Counted from the first letter of the stretch, positions 18,667-28,606 are shown. The stretch is 64,000 bases of DNA from Sedimentisphaerales bacterium (GCA_963663965.2 CAXXFK010000038.1:51958-115957), one strand, 5' to 3'. Notes: generated by a model from the sequence alone, not told the origin. Numbers and translations are program-made.

Positions 18667-20832
18667 TTATGCCTGATTTTCCAGATCCATTTCGCCGATA
18701 AACCGGATCAGTTTCCGATAGAGGATCAATCCCAGGCTTTTGTTCCGGCCTTTCATGGCGACCATCCCGGTGGAACCATACTGGAAACCCTCTGGCACCG
18801 GTCCATCCAGATTGATAACAATTTTATGATAGGTGTCCAATACCCGGCCATTTAACGGATCTATGGGCAACGAACCCTGGCCGGCCGTCGTCAGGGTCAG
18901 ATCATGAACATAATCCACCGGCGCCGGCGATACGTATACCAGTGTTCCTGTCAGGGCCATCCGGGGATGCATCGCGCTACGAAAGACCATTTTTTTCCCA
19001 ACCATTTCCTGTACTTCGATCACATCCTTCTGATGTATCCATGCTTCACACTGCCAATTGCCATCGGCCAGGCGGGCCACTTCTTCACCCGGTTGGACAT
19101 AATACCCGGCGTTTTCCAATTGAGGGCAGTCAATCAAAGTCCCATCAGAATCCGTCCGGACATTCAGTTGTTCCAGATCCTTACTGCTGGTTTGCACCAG
19201 CGCGGTCAAACGGGTTACTATTTCCAGTTGCTGCGCGATTTCCACGGGATCGATGGTACTATCCGATTGATAAAGCGTGAGTAGCTTCCGCGCCTGAGTC
19301 AATCGATTCCGGGCATCCAGATACTTCTCATGCAAAAGATGATTATCCAGTTCCATAATGGGAGTCGCCGCTTCCACCCGGTCCCCCGTCTGGGCAAGAA
19401 CCCGTTTGACAAAACCGCTTTGACGCGTCCTTATGATTTGTTCATGTTCACGGATCAGACGCGCTTCGGCCCGGATCGGGCACGGAATCGGCATATAGAC
19501 AATGGCAGCAGGCACAATCATGAGGAACAGCAATGCCGCGATACTGGTACGCCAGCGATAGCGTGAAGCCTCCGGTGATTTTCTCAAATAAACCGTAATG
19601 CGAGTCAGTATCGAAAAGACCGTCATGGCAATGTACAACCCAGCCAGCGCCAAACCGAAAATAAGCATTTTACGAGCGATGACCCAGGATAACGCCAGGA
19701 CAATACTGACTTTATAGATTGAAGCAAAAATGCCGAAGGTTAACAGGAAAAACGCCATCCAACCACGGGGGCCCGGCTCATTACTTTTAATTCGCAAGAA
19801 TAACCGTTTGCAGACCCGAACCAGATAATCGCGTGACCGGCTTCTTAAGTTGGGCATTTCCAGCAGATCGCTCAGGATATAGTAGCCATCAAACCGCATC
19901 AATGGATTGACATTCATCAGGAGCGTGGTCACGCTGGCCAGGAAAAAGATATTGTACGCCAGCATCCGCGTGGAATAGGACTCGGAGGCACACCAGACCA
20001 GCAGTGCGATCATGGCGATCATGGATTCAAAATAAACGCCCCCCAATCCGACGATAATCCGTTTTATTTTGCTGTTAAATCCCCATGAACTGGTTACATC
20101 CACATAAGCGCAGGGGGTGAGCATAATCAGGTACACGCCCATGTCGGTGACCTGTCCGCCAAACAACTTGCAGGCGTAGCCGTGTCCCAATTCATGGATT
20201 GCCTTGAGTAAAATTAACGAAATCCATAAGATCGCCATATTCCCGGCGCTGAAGAGAGAACCGGAAAAGGTTTGGATCTCTCCAAAATGCCGAACCGTTA
20301 ATGCCGCGGATCCGCCCAACAGGATCAGGTATATAATAAAAAATACCCGAGTAAACAGCGGGCGCACCAGATGGGCGGTCTTTTCCAGGAAATTGTCCGG
20401 ATTCAACAAGGGGATCTGCAGAAAAAACAGACTAAACAATTTCTGCATCCGTTGCGCTTTCTGTCTTTGAATATGCCGCCGGTAAAGCGCCTTGTCGCTT
20501 GAAATAGGCAGTTGCAGAAAATTCAGCTGGTGGAGATTCAATACAAACTTGAAAAATGGCTCCTGATCTTCCGGATTCATCCACTCCTTTTCGACCAGGA
20601 TCTGAAATATTTCAGCCAGGGTAAGAGCCGGTGTCAGTTGACAAAATATCAGATATTCTTTTAAATTAAATTGATAGCATTGCAGCGACAGGGGATCGCG
20701 CACCACATAATAAGGTTCGCCATGATTGAGATGACGATGGATCTCCAGATCATTACGCAATCCGATGTGGGCCTTGCCCAGACGTTCATGCAAGCGGACC
20801 GTATTGTCTTGTGTTGTATCGGCTTGTACCAT
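18667..20832 (-). CDS. PqqD/RRE-like domain + M50 site-2 metalloprotease + HlyD/MFP adaptor fusion (copy 1)
   Basis: HELGH and NVNPLMRFDGYY zinc-ligand motifs within TM region; N-terminal YVVRDPLS...TLAEI; C-terminal lipoyl-like GFVKRVLAQTGDRV, coiled coil, GYYVQPGE. Confidence 0.88.
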   Translation of the reverse strand: MVQADTTQDNTVRLHERLGKAHIGLRNDLEIHRHLNHGEPYYVVRDPLSLQCYQFNLKEYLIFCQLTPALTLAEIFQILVEKEWMNPEDQEPFFKFVLNLHQLNFLQLPISSDKALYRRHIQRQKAQRMQKLFSLFFLQIPLLNPDNFLEKTAHLVRPLFTRVFFIIYLILLGGSAALTVRHFGEIQTFSGSLFSAGNMAILWISLILLKAIHELGHGYACKLFGGQVTDMGVYLIMLTPCAYVDVTSSWGFNSKIKRIIVGLGGVYFESMIAMIALLVWCASESYSTRMLAYNIFFLASVTTLLMNVNPLMRFDGYYILSDLLEMPNLRSRSRDYLVRVCKRLFLRIKSNEPGPRGWMAFFLLTFGIFASIYKVSIVLALSWVIARKMLIFGLALAGLYIAMTVFSILTRITVYLRKSPEASRYRWRTSIAALLFLMIVPAAIVYMPIPCPIRAEARLIREHEQIIRTRQSGFVKRVLAQTGDRVEAATPIMELDNHLLHEKYLDARNRLTQARKLLTLYQSDSTIDPVEIAQQLEIVTRLTALVQTSSKDLEQLNVRTDSDGTLIDCPQLENAGYYVQPGEEVARLADGNWQCEAWIHQKDVIEVQEMVGKKMVFRSAMHPRMALTGTLVYVSPAPVDYVHDLTLTTAGQGSLPIDPLNGRVLDTYHKIVINLDGPVPEGFQYGSTGMVAMKGRNKSLGLILYRKLIRFIGEMDLENQA

Positions 20833-20835
20833 GCG

Positions 20836-22719
20836 TCAATACCAAAAATGCATCTGGACATATTCGATGACTTTATGCAAGGCGATCCACCAGACGGGTC
20901 GTCGTCCGGCTTCGACCCGTGCCACCCCTTCCATGCCCGAGCGAATCCATTCCGGATTGAGATCGGATTCCGCCCGCACGATATAGATATTTTTTTTGTT
21001 AGACAGGGCGACCGTCGGTGATAAATGCCGGATGGTCAAACCGTAGGCTTCTTCAGGACGGGCACCGGCGGAAAACGTTCCCGACATATTCACCAGAATA
21101 TCATCCATTGCCTGTTCCGGAATATTCAATTCAATAAGCCACTGACCGGAGGGCGCCAGTTCGAACAAGGGGGCGCCCAGTGGCAATATCTGGCCGGTTT
21201 GACGGGCCGGATCGCCCTTGATTACCTGACCATCATAAGGGGCTTTAATGATCAGGCGTCCGATACGTTGATCGAGAATGTCAAGCCGGGATAGCAGATA
21301 ATCACTGTTGGCGCGCGCCAGTTCAATATCCGTGGTCGACCCATTCGCCACCGCTTTTTGCGTTTCAAGCCGGGCAATATTATACTCTGCCAGCAATTCA
21401 CTACGCTGCAATTGGAGCATGTCGTTGCTGAAACGGCACAGGATGTCGCCCTGTTTGACCCGGTCGCCCTCTTTGACCAACACTTCGTCAAGGCGCGCCT
21501 CGGCCGGGGTGGCAAAATGGCGAATCTGTGCAGGAACCGCGCGCGCCGGCACGGTAATCCGATAAGGCAAGCTGGCAAACAGGAACCAGTTGACTAACGC
21601 CAACAGCGCGACGATAACAAACACATTGACCAGGCCGCGAATGGTTTTCAGCTTGTCAATTTGGTGATATATGGAGCTGAAACCATGCATGAATAAAGAA
21701 CGATTGGCCCGGTCGACCAGGTGATAGGCGCCAATCAGCGGTTCGGTTATTTCACGAATTTTACTCAGTTCCGTTTCGTCAAAGGGCAGGTCGGCGCCAC
21801 GGCGCAAGCTCAATACCGCCTGACAACGGCCATCGGCTCCCCGAAGGGGAATCGAAGCGACGGCCGAGTTGCCAGTGGCGGTATGCCACTGCCGGTGTAA
21901 ACGCAGATCATTGGTCATGGTATACTTAGAACCGTGCCGTACATGATGAAACAGGCAAAATGCCTGCGTATCGAGACATTCGAGCATCGCCTCATTAATG
22001 CGGTCAATTTCTTTGCTGCCTTTTTTAATGGTATCGTGACCGGATATGGAAACGATGTTGACTTTGCGCTTATGAACAATCCCCAGCGAGATCTGATCGC
22101 ATCCAATGCGGTTACGCAAATTGTTGGTAATGGCGAAACCCAATTCTTTTCCTGAGGTATAGCCGGCCGCACGGGCAAGGGTTTGCGTGTCCTGAAGGAA
22201 CCCGGTCTGGTTTGGATTGTGATCGGTTAGACCGGAAATGTAGGACATAAACAGGGTATACGCTTCGAGAGCGATCGATTGCTGAATCGCCTGCTGACGG
22301 TCTTTGCAGTAAATCACCAGAACGATCGCCCCGATCATGGCGCTATCGTCGTTATAAACAGGGCAGGACAGGAACGCGATCGAATTGTCACTGGATTCCC
22401 GGTGAGCGTACATTTTCAGGCCGGAGGTCCTCCGGGACAGCGTTTCGTTGAGGAACTCCCGGGCCGATTTTTTCCAGAAATCCGGCGAGGTCGAACCACT
22501 GTGCCAGTATTCTTCCAATACATCCGAGGCACGTTGAATATATAACGTTGCGTAAGGGCAGGAAAATTGGCCAGCGATTATCCCCAAAGCCTGTTGATAA
22601 AGCGCCCTTCTGTTCTTTGTTTGACGGGCTTTATCAATTAATGCGCGATAGACCTGGTTGGGTGATTGTTGGCGGGCATTTCCCATTTTCTCCTGATTGT
22701 TTTCCAGCTTCTGCGTCAT
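20836..22719 (-). CDS. GAF-like domains + TM + HlyD/MFP periplasmic adaptor (copy 1)
   Basis: VASIPLRGADG...AVLSLRR...PFDETEL (GAF-like), one TM, VLVKEGDRVKQGD, IKAPYDGQV, IRSGMEGVARV. Confidence 0.85.
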   Translation of the reverse strand: MTQKLENNQEKMGNARQQSPNQVYRALIDKARQTKNRRALYQQALGIIAGQFSCPYATLYIQRASDVLEEYWHSGSTSPDFWKKSAREFLNETLSRRTSGLKMYAHRESSDNSIAFLSCPVYNDDSAMIGAIVLVIYCKDRQQAIQQSIALEAYTLFMSYISGLTDHNPNQTGFLQDTQTLARAAGYTSGKELGFAITNNLRNRIGCDQISLGIVHKRKVNIVSISGHDTIKKGSKEIDRINEAMLECLDTQAFCLFHHVRHGSKYTMTNDLRLHRQWHTATGNSAVASIPLRGADGRCQAVLSLRRGADLPFDETELSKIREITEPLIGAYHLVDRANRSLFMHGFSSIYHQIDKLKTIRGLVNVFVIVALLALVNWFLFASLPYRITVPARAVPAQIRHFATPAEARLDEVLVKEGDRVKQGDILCRFSNDMLQLQRSELLAEYNIARLETQKAVANGSTTDIELARANSDYLLSRLDILDQRIGRLIIKAPYDGQVIKGDPARQTGQILPLGAPLFELAPSGQWLIELNIPEQAMDDILVNMSGTFSAGARPEEAYGLTIRHLSPTVALSNKKNIYIVRAESDLNPEWIRSGMEGVARVEAGRRPVWWIALHKVIEYVQMHFWY

Positions 22720-22812
22720 GGATATTCATTTAAATTTTAAAGATGAATAATTATACAAATTACGTTTAGATGCCGGGAGACGCGAATGTCCCGATCGCCC
22801 AGTCGCCCCCAA

Positions 22813-23235
22813 TCAGATCAGGCTGATGTTTTCTTCCGATTCAATCGTTTCAGGGAGAATCACCCTGGTAAAAAATGAAAATCCGGTTTCGAAAGAATCC
22901 TCACTAATCAGCTTGCAGCGCATGCACCTGGCAAAAACCATGGGGATATCCACGACATCCCGGTCAAAATAAAGGCGGTAAATATCTCCAATTTTCAACG
23001 GAGCCGGGAACATGGCGCGGCAGCCGCCGGAAGAAATATCCCCGGAGATGCCCAGCATCTTCATATTGAGACATTCACTGGTATTGCCCGGTTGAAGAAT
23101 GATTTTTGCCTTAATCACCAGACGTTCTGAGGATCGTTGACGACGAATATTATCACTGGTCTGATCTTCAATTTCTTTTAAGATATCAAAGCCGTAATCT
23201 TCGTTCGTCAGAGAATAATTGATATCATCGTTCAT
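22813..23235 (-). CDS. PilZ-domain protein (c-di-GMP receptor candidate)
   Basis: RxxxR (QRSSER) and D/NxSxxG (DISSGG) motifs, C-terminal GFSF. Likely start ATG 23235. Confidence 0.85.
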   Translation of the reverse strand: MNDDINYSLTNEDYGFDILKEIEDQTSDNIRRQRSSERLVIKAKIILQPGNTSECLNMKMLGISGDISSGGCRAMFPAPLKIGDIYRLYFDRDVVDIPMVFARCMRCKLISEDSFETGFSFFTRVILPETIESEENISLI

Positions 23236-23338
23236 GGTATTTCTTAAATCAAAAAAAGCCAATAAATAACTGTAATAACAGTTAATTTATCGGCCTGGAG
23301 CAGCAGCGGATTAATGGAAAAAAGGAAAATATGTGATC

Positions 23339-26300
23339 TTATTTATCGGACTGGTTTATGACTCCAGCCATATTGCGAATCAACATCCACAGGCGTCCTA
23401 AAGCCCCGTTTTGCTGAGGGGATCCGGTGATTGGAGTTTCCGGTTCGTGGGTTGTTTCGGCATGGATTGGGGAATCGAACTCATCAGCCGAACCGTTATC
23501 GGTCGTGATCTGGTCGGTGATCCCAGATGGCAGTTCGGTGAACAGGTCGTCAAACATCTTGTCGCTGACAAATTCAAGCGGAACATCCAGGGCTTCGGCT
23601 ATCAGCGCATCAGTGGACCACTCAATTTCATTACTGTCAAAACCATTTTGCCCCGAATGTTCGTCATGATCGTTATTAAAACGCCTGGTATTCTGGATCG
23701 ATTCCTGCGTAATCATTTCGGAAGAATGTTCGTAAGGATGGTTCTGATAAATGATCGATTCGTTATCGACCGGATTCATGATTTTCAGAACCTGTTGATC
23801 GGTATCCTGTTTGGGCCCGGCATCCGCCACCTTAGAAATCTGCTGGTCCGCGGGAGTATTATCGGAAGAGATATTGGAGTCGGAGGGATTCTGATCATCC
23901 GAATTGGTTCGAATGACTTTGTGATGATCCGCTTCAACCTGGATGGATATGCTGTCAGAGACCACGGTCGAACCGTCGGACACCCGAAGCTCGAGAGTCA
24001 CTTCCGCATCGGAATGGATATTGGATGGGATAATTACCGGATCGGGCGAATCTGGATTAAGAATTTTCACCGCAGGGCCCGAGGTTTGCACCCAGGTGTA
24101 GGTCAGGTTATCCCCATCGATATCATCCGCCTGGCCATTAAGAGTGATTGGCTGTTTTTCACGGGCAACAGTATCGTCTCCGGCGCTGACGACAGGAGCA
24201 TCATTGACAGCATTTACCTGAAGCGTAACCGTCGCAGTATGGAAGCCACCCTGGCCGTCTGATACCTGATAGGTAAAACTGTCCTGACCGTTGTAGTTTG
24301 GTGAGGGAGAATAAGAGAAAGTGCCATCCTGGTTATATATTACCGATCCATGTTCAGGTTGGGTAAAATCAGCAATTGACAACAAGTCGCCATCGATATC
24401 CGTATCGTTATCCAGAACCCGGGAGGTCGTGATCGTCTGGTCCTCATTGGTTTCGAAATGATCATTCGTTGTCTGAGGGGTATCGTTCACACCCTGGGTA
24501 TTTAACTCGACAGTCGCAGTACTTTTCGCGCCATCGCCATCCATCACGGTATAGGTAAAATTGTCCTGACCATGGAAATTGGCGTTGGGAGTATAGGTGA
24601 AGGTGCCATCCTGATTATAAACAACATGGCCATGCGCAGGCTGACTGTAATCACCTACGTTTAAAGTATCGCCATCCGCATCGGTATCATTTACCAGTAC
24701 ATTGGCCGTTCGAATCGGTTGATCTTCCAGTCCGCCATATTGTTCACCAAAAGCTTGGGGGGCATCGTTTACAGCGTTTACTTTGACGTTCACAGTTACG
24801 GTATCGGTCCCCCCGTTGCCATCGGAGACGGTATAGGTAAAACTGTCGTGTCCGTTGAAATTGGCGTTGGGCGTATAGGTGAAGGCGCCATCGCCATTAT
24901 GAACAACCGAACCGTTGGCCGCCTGACTGTAATCGGTGATCGTCAGAGAATCGCCATCCGCGTCGATATCGTTGGCGAGGACATTACCCGTCGTGAAGGG
25001 TGTGTCTTCCGAGGTGGCGAAGGAATCACCGGCCGCCTGGGGCGCGTCGTTAGCGGCGCCGACGTTCACGTTCACAGTTACGGTATCGGTCCCCCCGTTG
25101 CCATCGGAGACGGTATAGGTAAAACTGTCGTGTCCGTTGAAATTAGCGTTGGGCGTATAGGTGAAGGCGCCATCGCCATTATGAACAACCGAGCCGTTGG
25201 CCGCCTGACTGTAATCGGTGATCGTCAGAGAATCGCCATCCGCGTCGATATCGTTGGCGAGGACATTACCCGTCGTGAAGGGTGTGTCTTCCGAGGTGGC
25301 GAAGGAATCACCGGCCGCCTGGGGCGCGTCGTTAGCGGCGCCGACGTTCACGTTCACAGTTACGGTATCGGTCCCCCCGTTGCCATCGGAGACGGTATAA
25401 GTAAAACTGTCGTGTCCACTGAAATTGGCGCTTGGGGTATAAGTGAAGGTGCCATTGCCGTTATTCGCGACCGAGCCATGAGCGCCTTGACTGAAATCAC
25501 TGATCGTTAAGATGTCGCCATCGATATCGGTATCATTGGCCAGGACATTCCCTGTTGTCACGGGTGTATCTTCAGCAGTAGCGATCTGTTCGCCGATACC
25601 CATTGGACTGTCATTAGTGCTTTGCACGGTTATTTCAATAGTAGCCGAACTTATGCCTCCATTACCATCTGAAACTTCATAAGTAAAACTATCCGGACCG
25701 TGATAATGTTGATCGGGGACATAAGTGAAGGTCCCATCGTTGTTGTGAGTTATCGAGCCATGTTGGGGTTGAGTAAAATCAGTGATGGTCAGAGTGTCAC
25801 CATCGCTGTCAATGTCGTTATTCAGAACATTTCCGGTATTGAGTGTGCTGTCTTCATTAACCTGATAAGTATCAATATTCGCGACGGGTGCGTTGTTTAC
25901 TGGAGCCGGAGCCACATCGATTACAATTTCATTAATGTCATTCGTGAGGTTTTCGACGCTATTAAGTGTATCGGATCCCAGATTGCCATCGTCGCTATCC
26001 GTATCAGCGATCGTTCCAAAACCATCGTTCATTTGAATGTTATAACCATTCATCGTCCCTGCCAGAACGGCGTAATCATTCCCATCGCCACCATAAAGCT
26101 GGTCGTTGCCTGAATCAGCGATAAATATATCGTCGCCGCCCATGCCGTAGAGTTTGTCATTGCCGGAGCCGCCGATGATGACATCGTTGCCGCCGGTGCC
26201 GTAGATGGTATCATGGCCGCTGCCGCCATCAATGGCGGCGACGCCTGAGAAGGTGGCATTGGAGAAGTCGAGGGTATTGTTGGCCCAGTTGCCTTTGAGG

Positions 26301-28606
26301 GTGATATCATTGCCGGAGAACTGCTCGACTGTGGCATCGTCCGTATGGGTGGTCATGATGACTTCGGTGCCGGTCCCGACGACGGTATCATAACCATCGC
26401 CGCCATAAAAAGTGTCTTCGCCATCCCCATTGTTATAGATGAAGGTGTCGTCGCCGCCCATGCCGTAGAGTTTGTCATTGCCGGAGCCGCCGATGATGAC
26501 ATCGTTGCCGCCGGTGCCGTAGATGGTATCATGGCCGCTGCCGCCATCAATGGCGGCGACGCCTGAGAAGGTGGCATTGGAGAAGTCGAGGGTATTGTTG
26601 GCCCAGTTGCCTTTGAGGGTGATATCATTGCCGGAGAACTGCTCGACTGTAGCATCGCCGGTGTGGGTGGTCATGATGACTTCGGTGCCGGTCCCGACGA
26701 CGGTATCATAACCATCGCCGCCATAAAAAGTGTCTTCGCCATCCCCATTGTTATAGATGAAGGTGTCATCGCCGCCCATGCCGTAGAGTTTGTCATTGCC
26801 GGAGCCGCCGATGATGACATCGTTGCCGCCGGTGCCGTAGATGGTATCATGGCCGCTGCCGCCATCAATGGCGGCGACGCCTGAGAAGGTGGCATTGGAG
26901 AAGTCGAGGGTATTGTTGGCCCAGTTGCCTTTGAGGGTGATATTGTCGCCGGAGAACTGCTCGACCGTGGCATCGTCCGTATGGGTGGTCATGATGACTT
27001 CGGTGCCGGTCCCGACGACGGTATCATAACCATCGCCGCCATAAAAAGTGTCTTCGCCATCCCCATTGTTATAGATGAAGGTGTCGTCGCCGCCCATGCC
27101 GTAGAGTTTGTCATTGCCGGAGCCGCCGATGATGACATCGTTGCCGCCGGTGCCGTAGATGGTATCATGGCCGCTGCCGCCATCAATGGCGGCGACGCCT
27201 GAGAAGGTGGCATTGGAGAAGTCGAGGGTATTGTTGGCCCAGTTGCCTTTGAGGGTGATATTGTCGCCGGAGAACTGCTCGACCGTGGCATCGTCCGTAT
27301 GGGTGGTCATGATGACTTCGGTGCCGGTCCCGACGACGGTATCATAACCATCGCCGCCATAAAAAGTGTCTTCGCCATCCCCATTGTTATAGATGAAGGT
27401 GTCGTCGCCGCCCATGCCGTAGAGTTTGTCATTGCCGGAGCCGCCGATGATGACATCGTTGCCGCCGGTGCCGTAGATGGTATCATGGCCGCTGCCGCCA
27501 TCAATGGCGGCGACGCCTGAGAAGGTGGCATTGGAGAAGTCGAGGGTATTGTTGGCCCAGTTGCCTTTGAGGGTGATATCATTGCCGGAGAACTGCTCGA
27601 CTGTAGCATCGTCCGTATGGGTGGTCATGATGACTTCGGTGCCGGTCCCGACGACGGTATCATAACCATCGCCGCCATAAAAAGTGTCTTCGCCATCCCC
27701 ATTGTTATAGATGAAGGTGTCGTCGCCGCCCATGCCGTAGAGTTTGTCATTGCCGGAGCCGCCGATGATGACATCGTTGCCGCCGGTGCCGTAGATGGTA
27801 TCATGGCCGCTGCCGCCATCAATGGCGGCGACGCCTGAGAAGGTGGCATTAGAGAAGTCGAGGGTGTTATTGGCCCAGTTGCCCTTGAGGGTGATATTGT
27901 CGCCGGAGAATTGTTCCACTGTGGCATCATCCGTATGGGTGGTCATGATGACTTCGGTGCCGGTCCCGACGACGGTATCATAACCATCGCCGCCATAAAA
28001 AGTGTCTTCGCCATCCCCATTGTTATAGATGAAGGTGTCGTCACCACTACCCCCGTATAACTTGTCATTTCCGGTTCCGCCATAAATTAAATCATTTCCA
28101 TCACCCCCATCGATGGTATCGTGACCGCTGCCACCGATAATTACATCATCGCCGCCACCGCCACTTAAATTATTATTAGCCCAGGTTCCGATGATGATAT
28201 CATTACTATCTGAACCATTTTCATTTGAGAGTATGGTCCATGACCCGTCCGAAAAATTGATGGTATTGGCGTCATTATTAATAACCAGCGATTGATCATC
28301 GAATGAAAGAGTCAGATGGCCCTGTTGATCGACCGAATAATCGAAAATGTCATGATTGCCTTCAATCGTATATGAATTGGTAGCTTGATCGAAGACCGCA
28401 TGGTCCAGATCACCAAATACATCCGGTTGGTTAACCCCCATGTCTTCCAGTATATCGGCATCCAAAACCGGTAAGTCCGGCTGGGCATCCGGGGCGCCAT
28501 CATCAACATCCACCCAGGTGGCTGAAAGCATGATTCTGGGTTCAAGCGCTGTGACCTGGATATTATTCAGTTTATCAGAATTCTTCTTTTTCATGACAGT
28601 TTTCAT
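23339..28606 (-). CDS. LEPR-xLL family giant secreted protein / adhesin with RTX Ca-binding repeats and cadherin-like Ig domains
   Basis: N-terminal ALEPRIMLSA; many GGxGxD nonapeptides; six NDAP...ED...GNVLAND...DSFTYTVSDG Ig-like units; a PKD-like domain (YTWVQTSGP); acidic tail. No hydrophobic Sec signal. Confidence 0.92.
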   Translation of the reverse strand: MKTVMKKKNSDKLNNIQVTALEPRIMLSATWVDVDDGAPDAQPDLPVLDADILEDMGVNQPDVFGDLDHAVFDQATNSYTIEGNHDIFDYSVDQQGHLTLSFDDQSLVINNDANTINFSDGSWTILSNENGSDSNDIIIGTWANNNLSGGGGDDVIIGGSGHDTIDGGDGNDLIYGGTGNDKLYGGSGDDTFIYNNGDGEDTFYGGDGYDTVVGTGTEVIMTTHTDDATVEQFSGDNITLKGNWANNTLDFSNATFSGVAAIDGGSGHDTIYGTGGNDVIIGGSGNDKLYGMGGDDTFIYNNGDGEDTFYGGDGYDTVVGTGTEVIMTTHTDDATVEQFSGNDITLKGNWANNTLDFSNATFSGVAAIDGGSGHDTIYGTGGNDVIIGGSGNDKLYGMGGDDTFIYNNGDGEDTFYGGDGYDTVVGTGTEVIMTTHTDDATVEQFSGDNITLKGNWANNTLDFSNATFSGVAAIDGGSGHDTIYGTGGNDVIIGGSGNDKLYGMGGDDTFIYNNGDGEDTFYGGDGYDTVVGTGTEVIMTTHTDDATVEQFSGDNITLKGNWANNTLDFSNATFSGVAAIDGGSGHDTIYGTGGNDVIIGGSGNDKLYGMGGDDTFIYNNGDGEDTFYGGDGYDTVVGTGTEVIMTTHTGDATVEQFSGNDITLKGNWANNTLDFSNATFSGVAAIDGGSGHDTIYGTGGNDVIIGGSGNDKLYGMGGDDTFIYNNGDGEDTFYGGDGYDTVVGTGTEVIMTTHTDDATVEQFSGNDITLKGNWANNTLDFSNATFSGVAAIDGGSGHDTIYGTGGNDVIIGGSGNDKLYGMGGDDIFIADSGNDQLYGGDGNDYAVLAGTMNGYNIQMNDGFGTIADTDSDDGNLGSDTLNSVENLTNDINEIVIDVAPAPVNNAPVANIDTYQVNEDSTLNTGNVLNNDIDSDGDTLTITDFTQPQHGSITHNNDGTFTYVPDQHYHGPDSFTYEVSDGNGGISSATIEITVQSTNDSPMGIGEQIATAEDTPVTTGNVLANDTDIDGDILTISDFSQGAHGSVANNGNGTFTYTPSANFSGHDSFTYTVSDGNGGTDTVTVNVNVGAANDAPQAAGDSFATSEDTPFTTGNVLANDIDADGDSLTITDYSQAANGSVVHNGDGAFTYTPNANFNGHDSFTYTVSDGNGGTDTVTVNVNVGAANDAPQAAGDSFATSEDTPFTTGNVLANDIDADGDSLTITDYSQAANGSVVHNGDGAFTYTPNANFNGHDSFTYTVSDGNGGTDTVTVNVKVNAVNDAPQAFGEQYGGLEDQPIRTANVLVNDTDADGDTLNVGDYSQPAHGHVVYNQDGTFTYTPNANFHGQDNFTYTVMDGDGAKSTATVELNTQGVNDTPQTTNDHFETNEDQTITTSRVLDNDTDIDGDLLSIADFTQPEHGSVIYNQDGTFSYSPSPNYNGQDSFTYQVSDGQGGFHTATVTLQVNAVNDAPVVSAGDDTVAREKQPITLNGQADDIDGDNLTYTWVQTSGPAVKILNPDSPDPVIIPSNIHSDAEVTLELRVSDGSTVVSDSISIQVEADHHKVIRTNSDDQNPSDSNISSDNTPADQQISKVADAGPKQDTDQQVLKIMNPVDNESIIYQNHPYEHSSEMITQESIQNTRRFNNDHDEHSGQNGFDSNEIEWSTDALIAEALDVPLEFVSDKMFDDLFTELPSGITDQITTDNGSADEFDSPIHAETTHEPETPITGSPQQNGALGRLWMLIRNMAGVINQSDK
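24786..25430. repeat. 282-bp intragenic tandem repeat (94 aa), about 2.3 copies
   Basis: acgttcacagttacggtatcgg recurs at 24786, 25068 and 25350; near-identical DNA. Confidence 0.93.
26130..28042. repeat. 318-bp intragenic tandem repeat (106 aa), 6 copies
   Basis: Shadow ORFs recur at 26205, 26523, 26841, 27159, 27477, 27795 (period 318); units nearly identical. Confidence 0.97.

Noticed and set aside
18667..20832. RiPP biosynthetic cluster, based on the PqqD/RRE-like domain
   Set aside because: No short precursor peptide or modifying enzyme (radical SAM, YcaO, LanM) nearby; the linked leader-bearing gene is a giant repeat protein.
23411..27983. Plus-strand and off-frame ORFs inside the adhesin gene
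   Set aside because: Shadow ORFs produced by the repetitive coding sequence; no independent protein features.
26130..28042. CRISPR array
   Set aside because: The 318-bp units are contiguous, in-frame coding repeats with no unique spacers and no cas genes.
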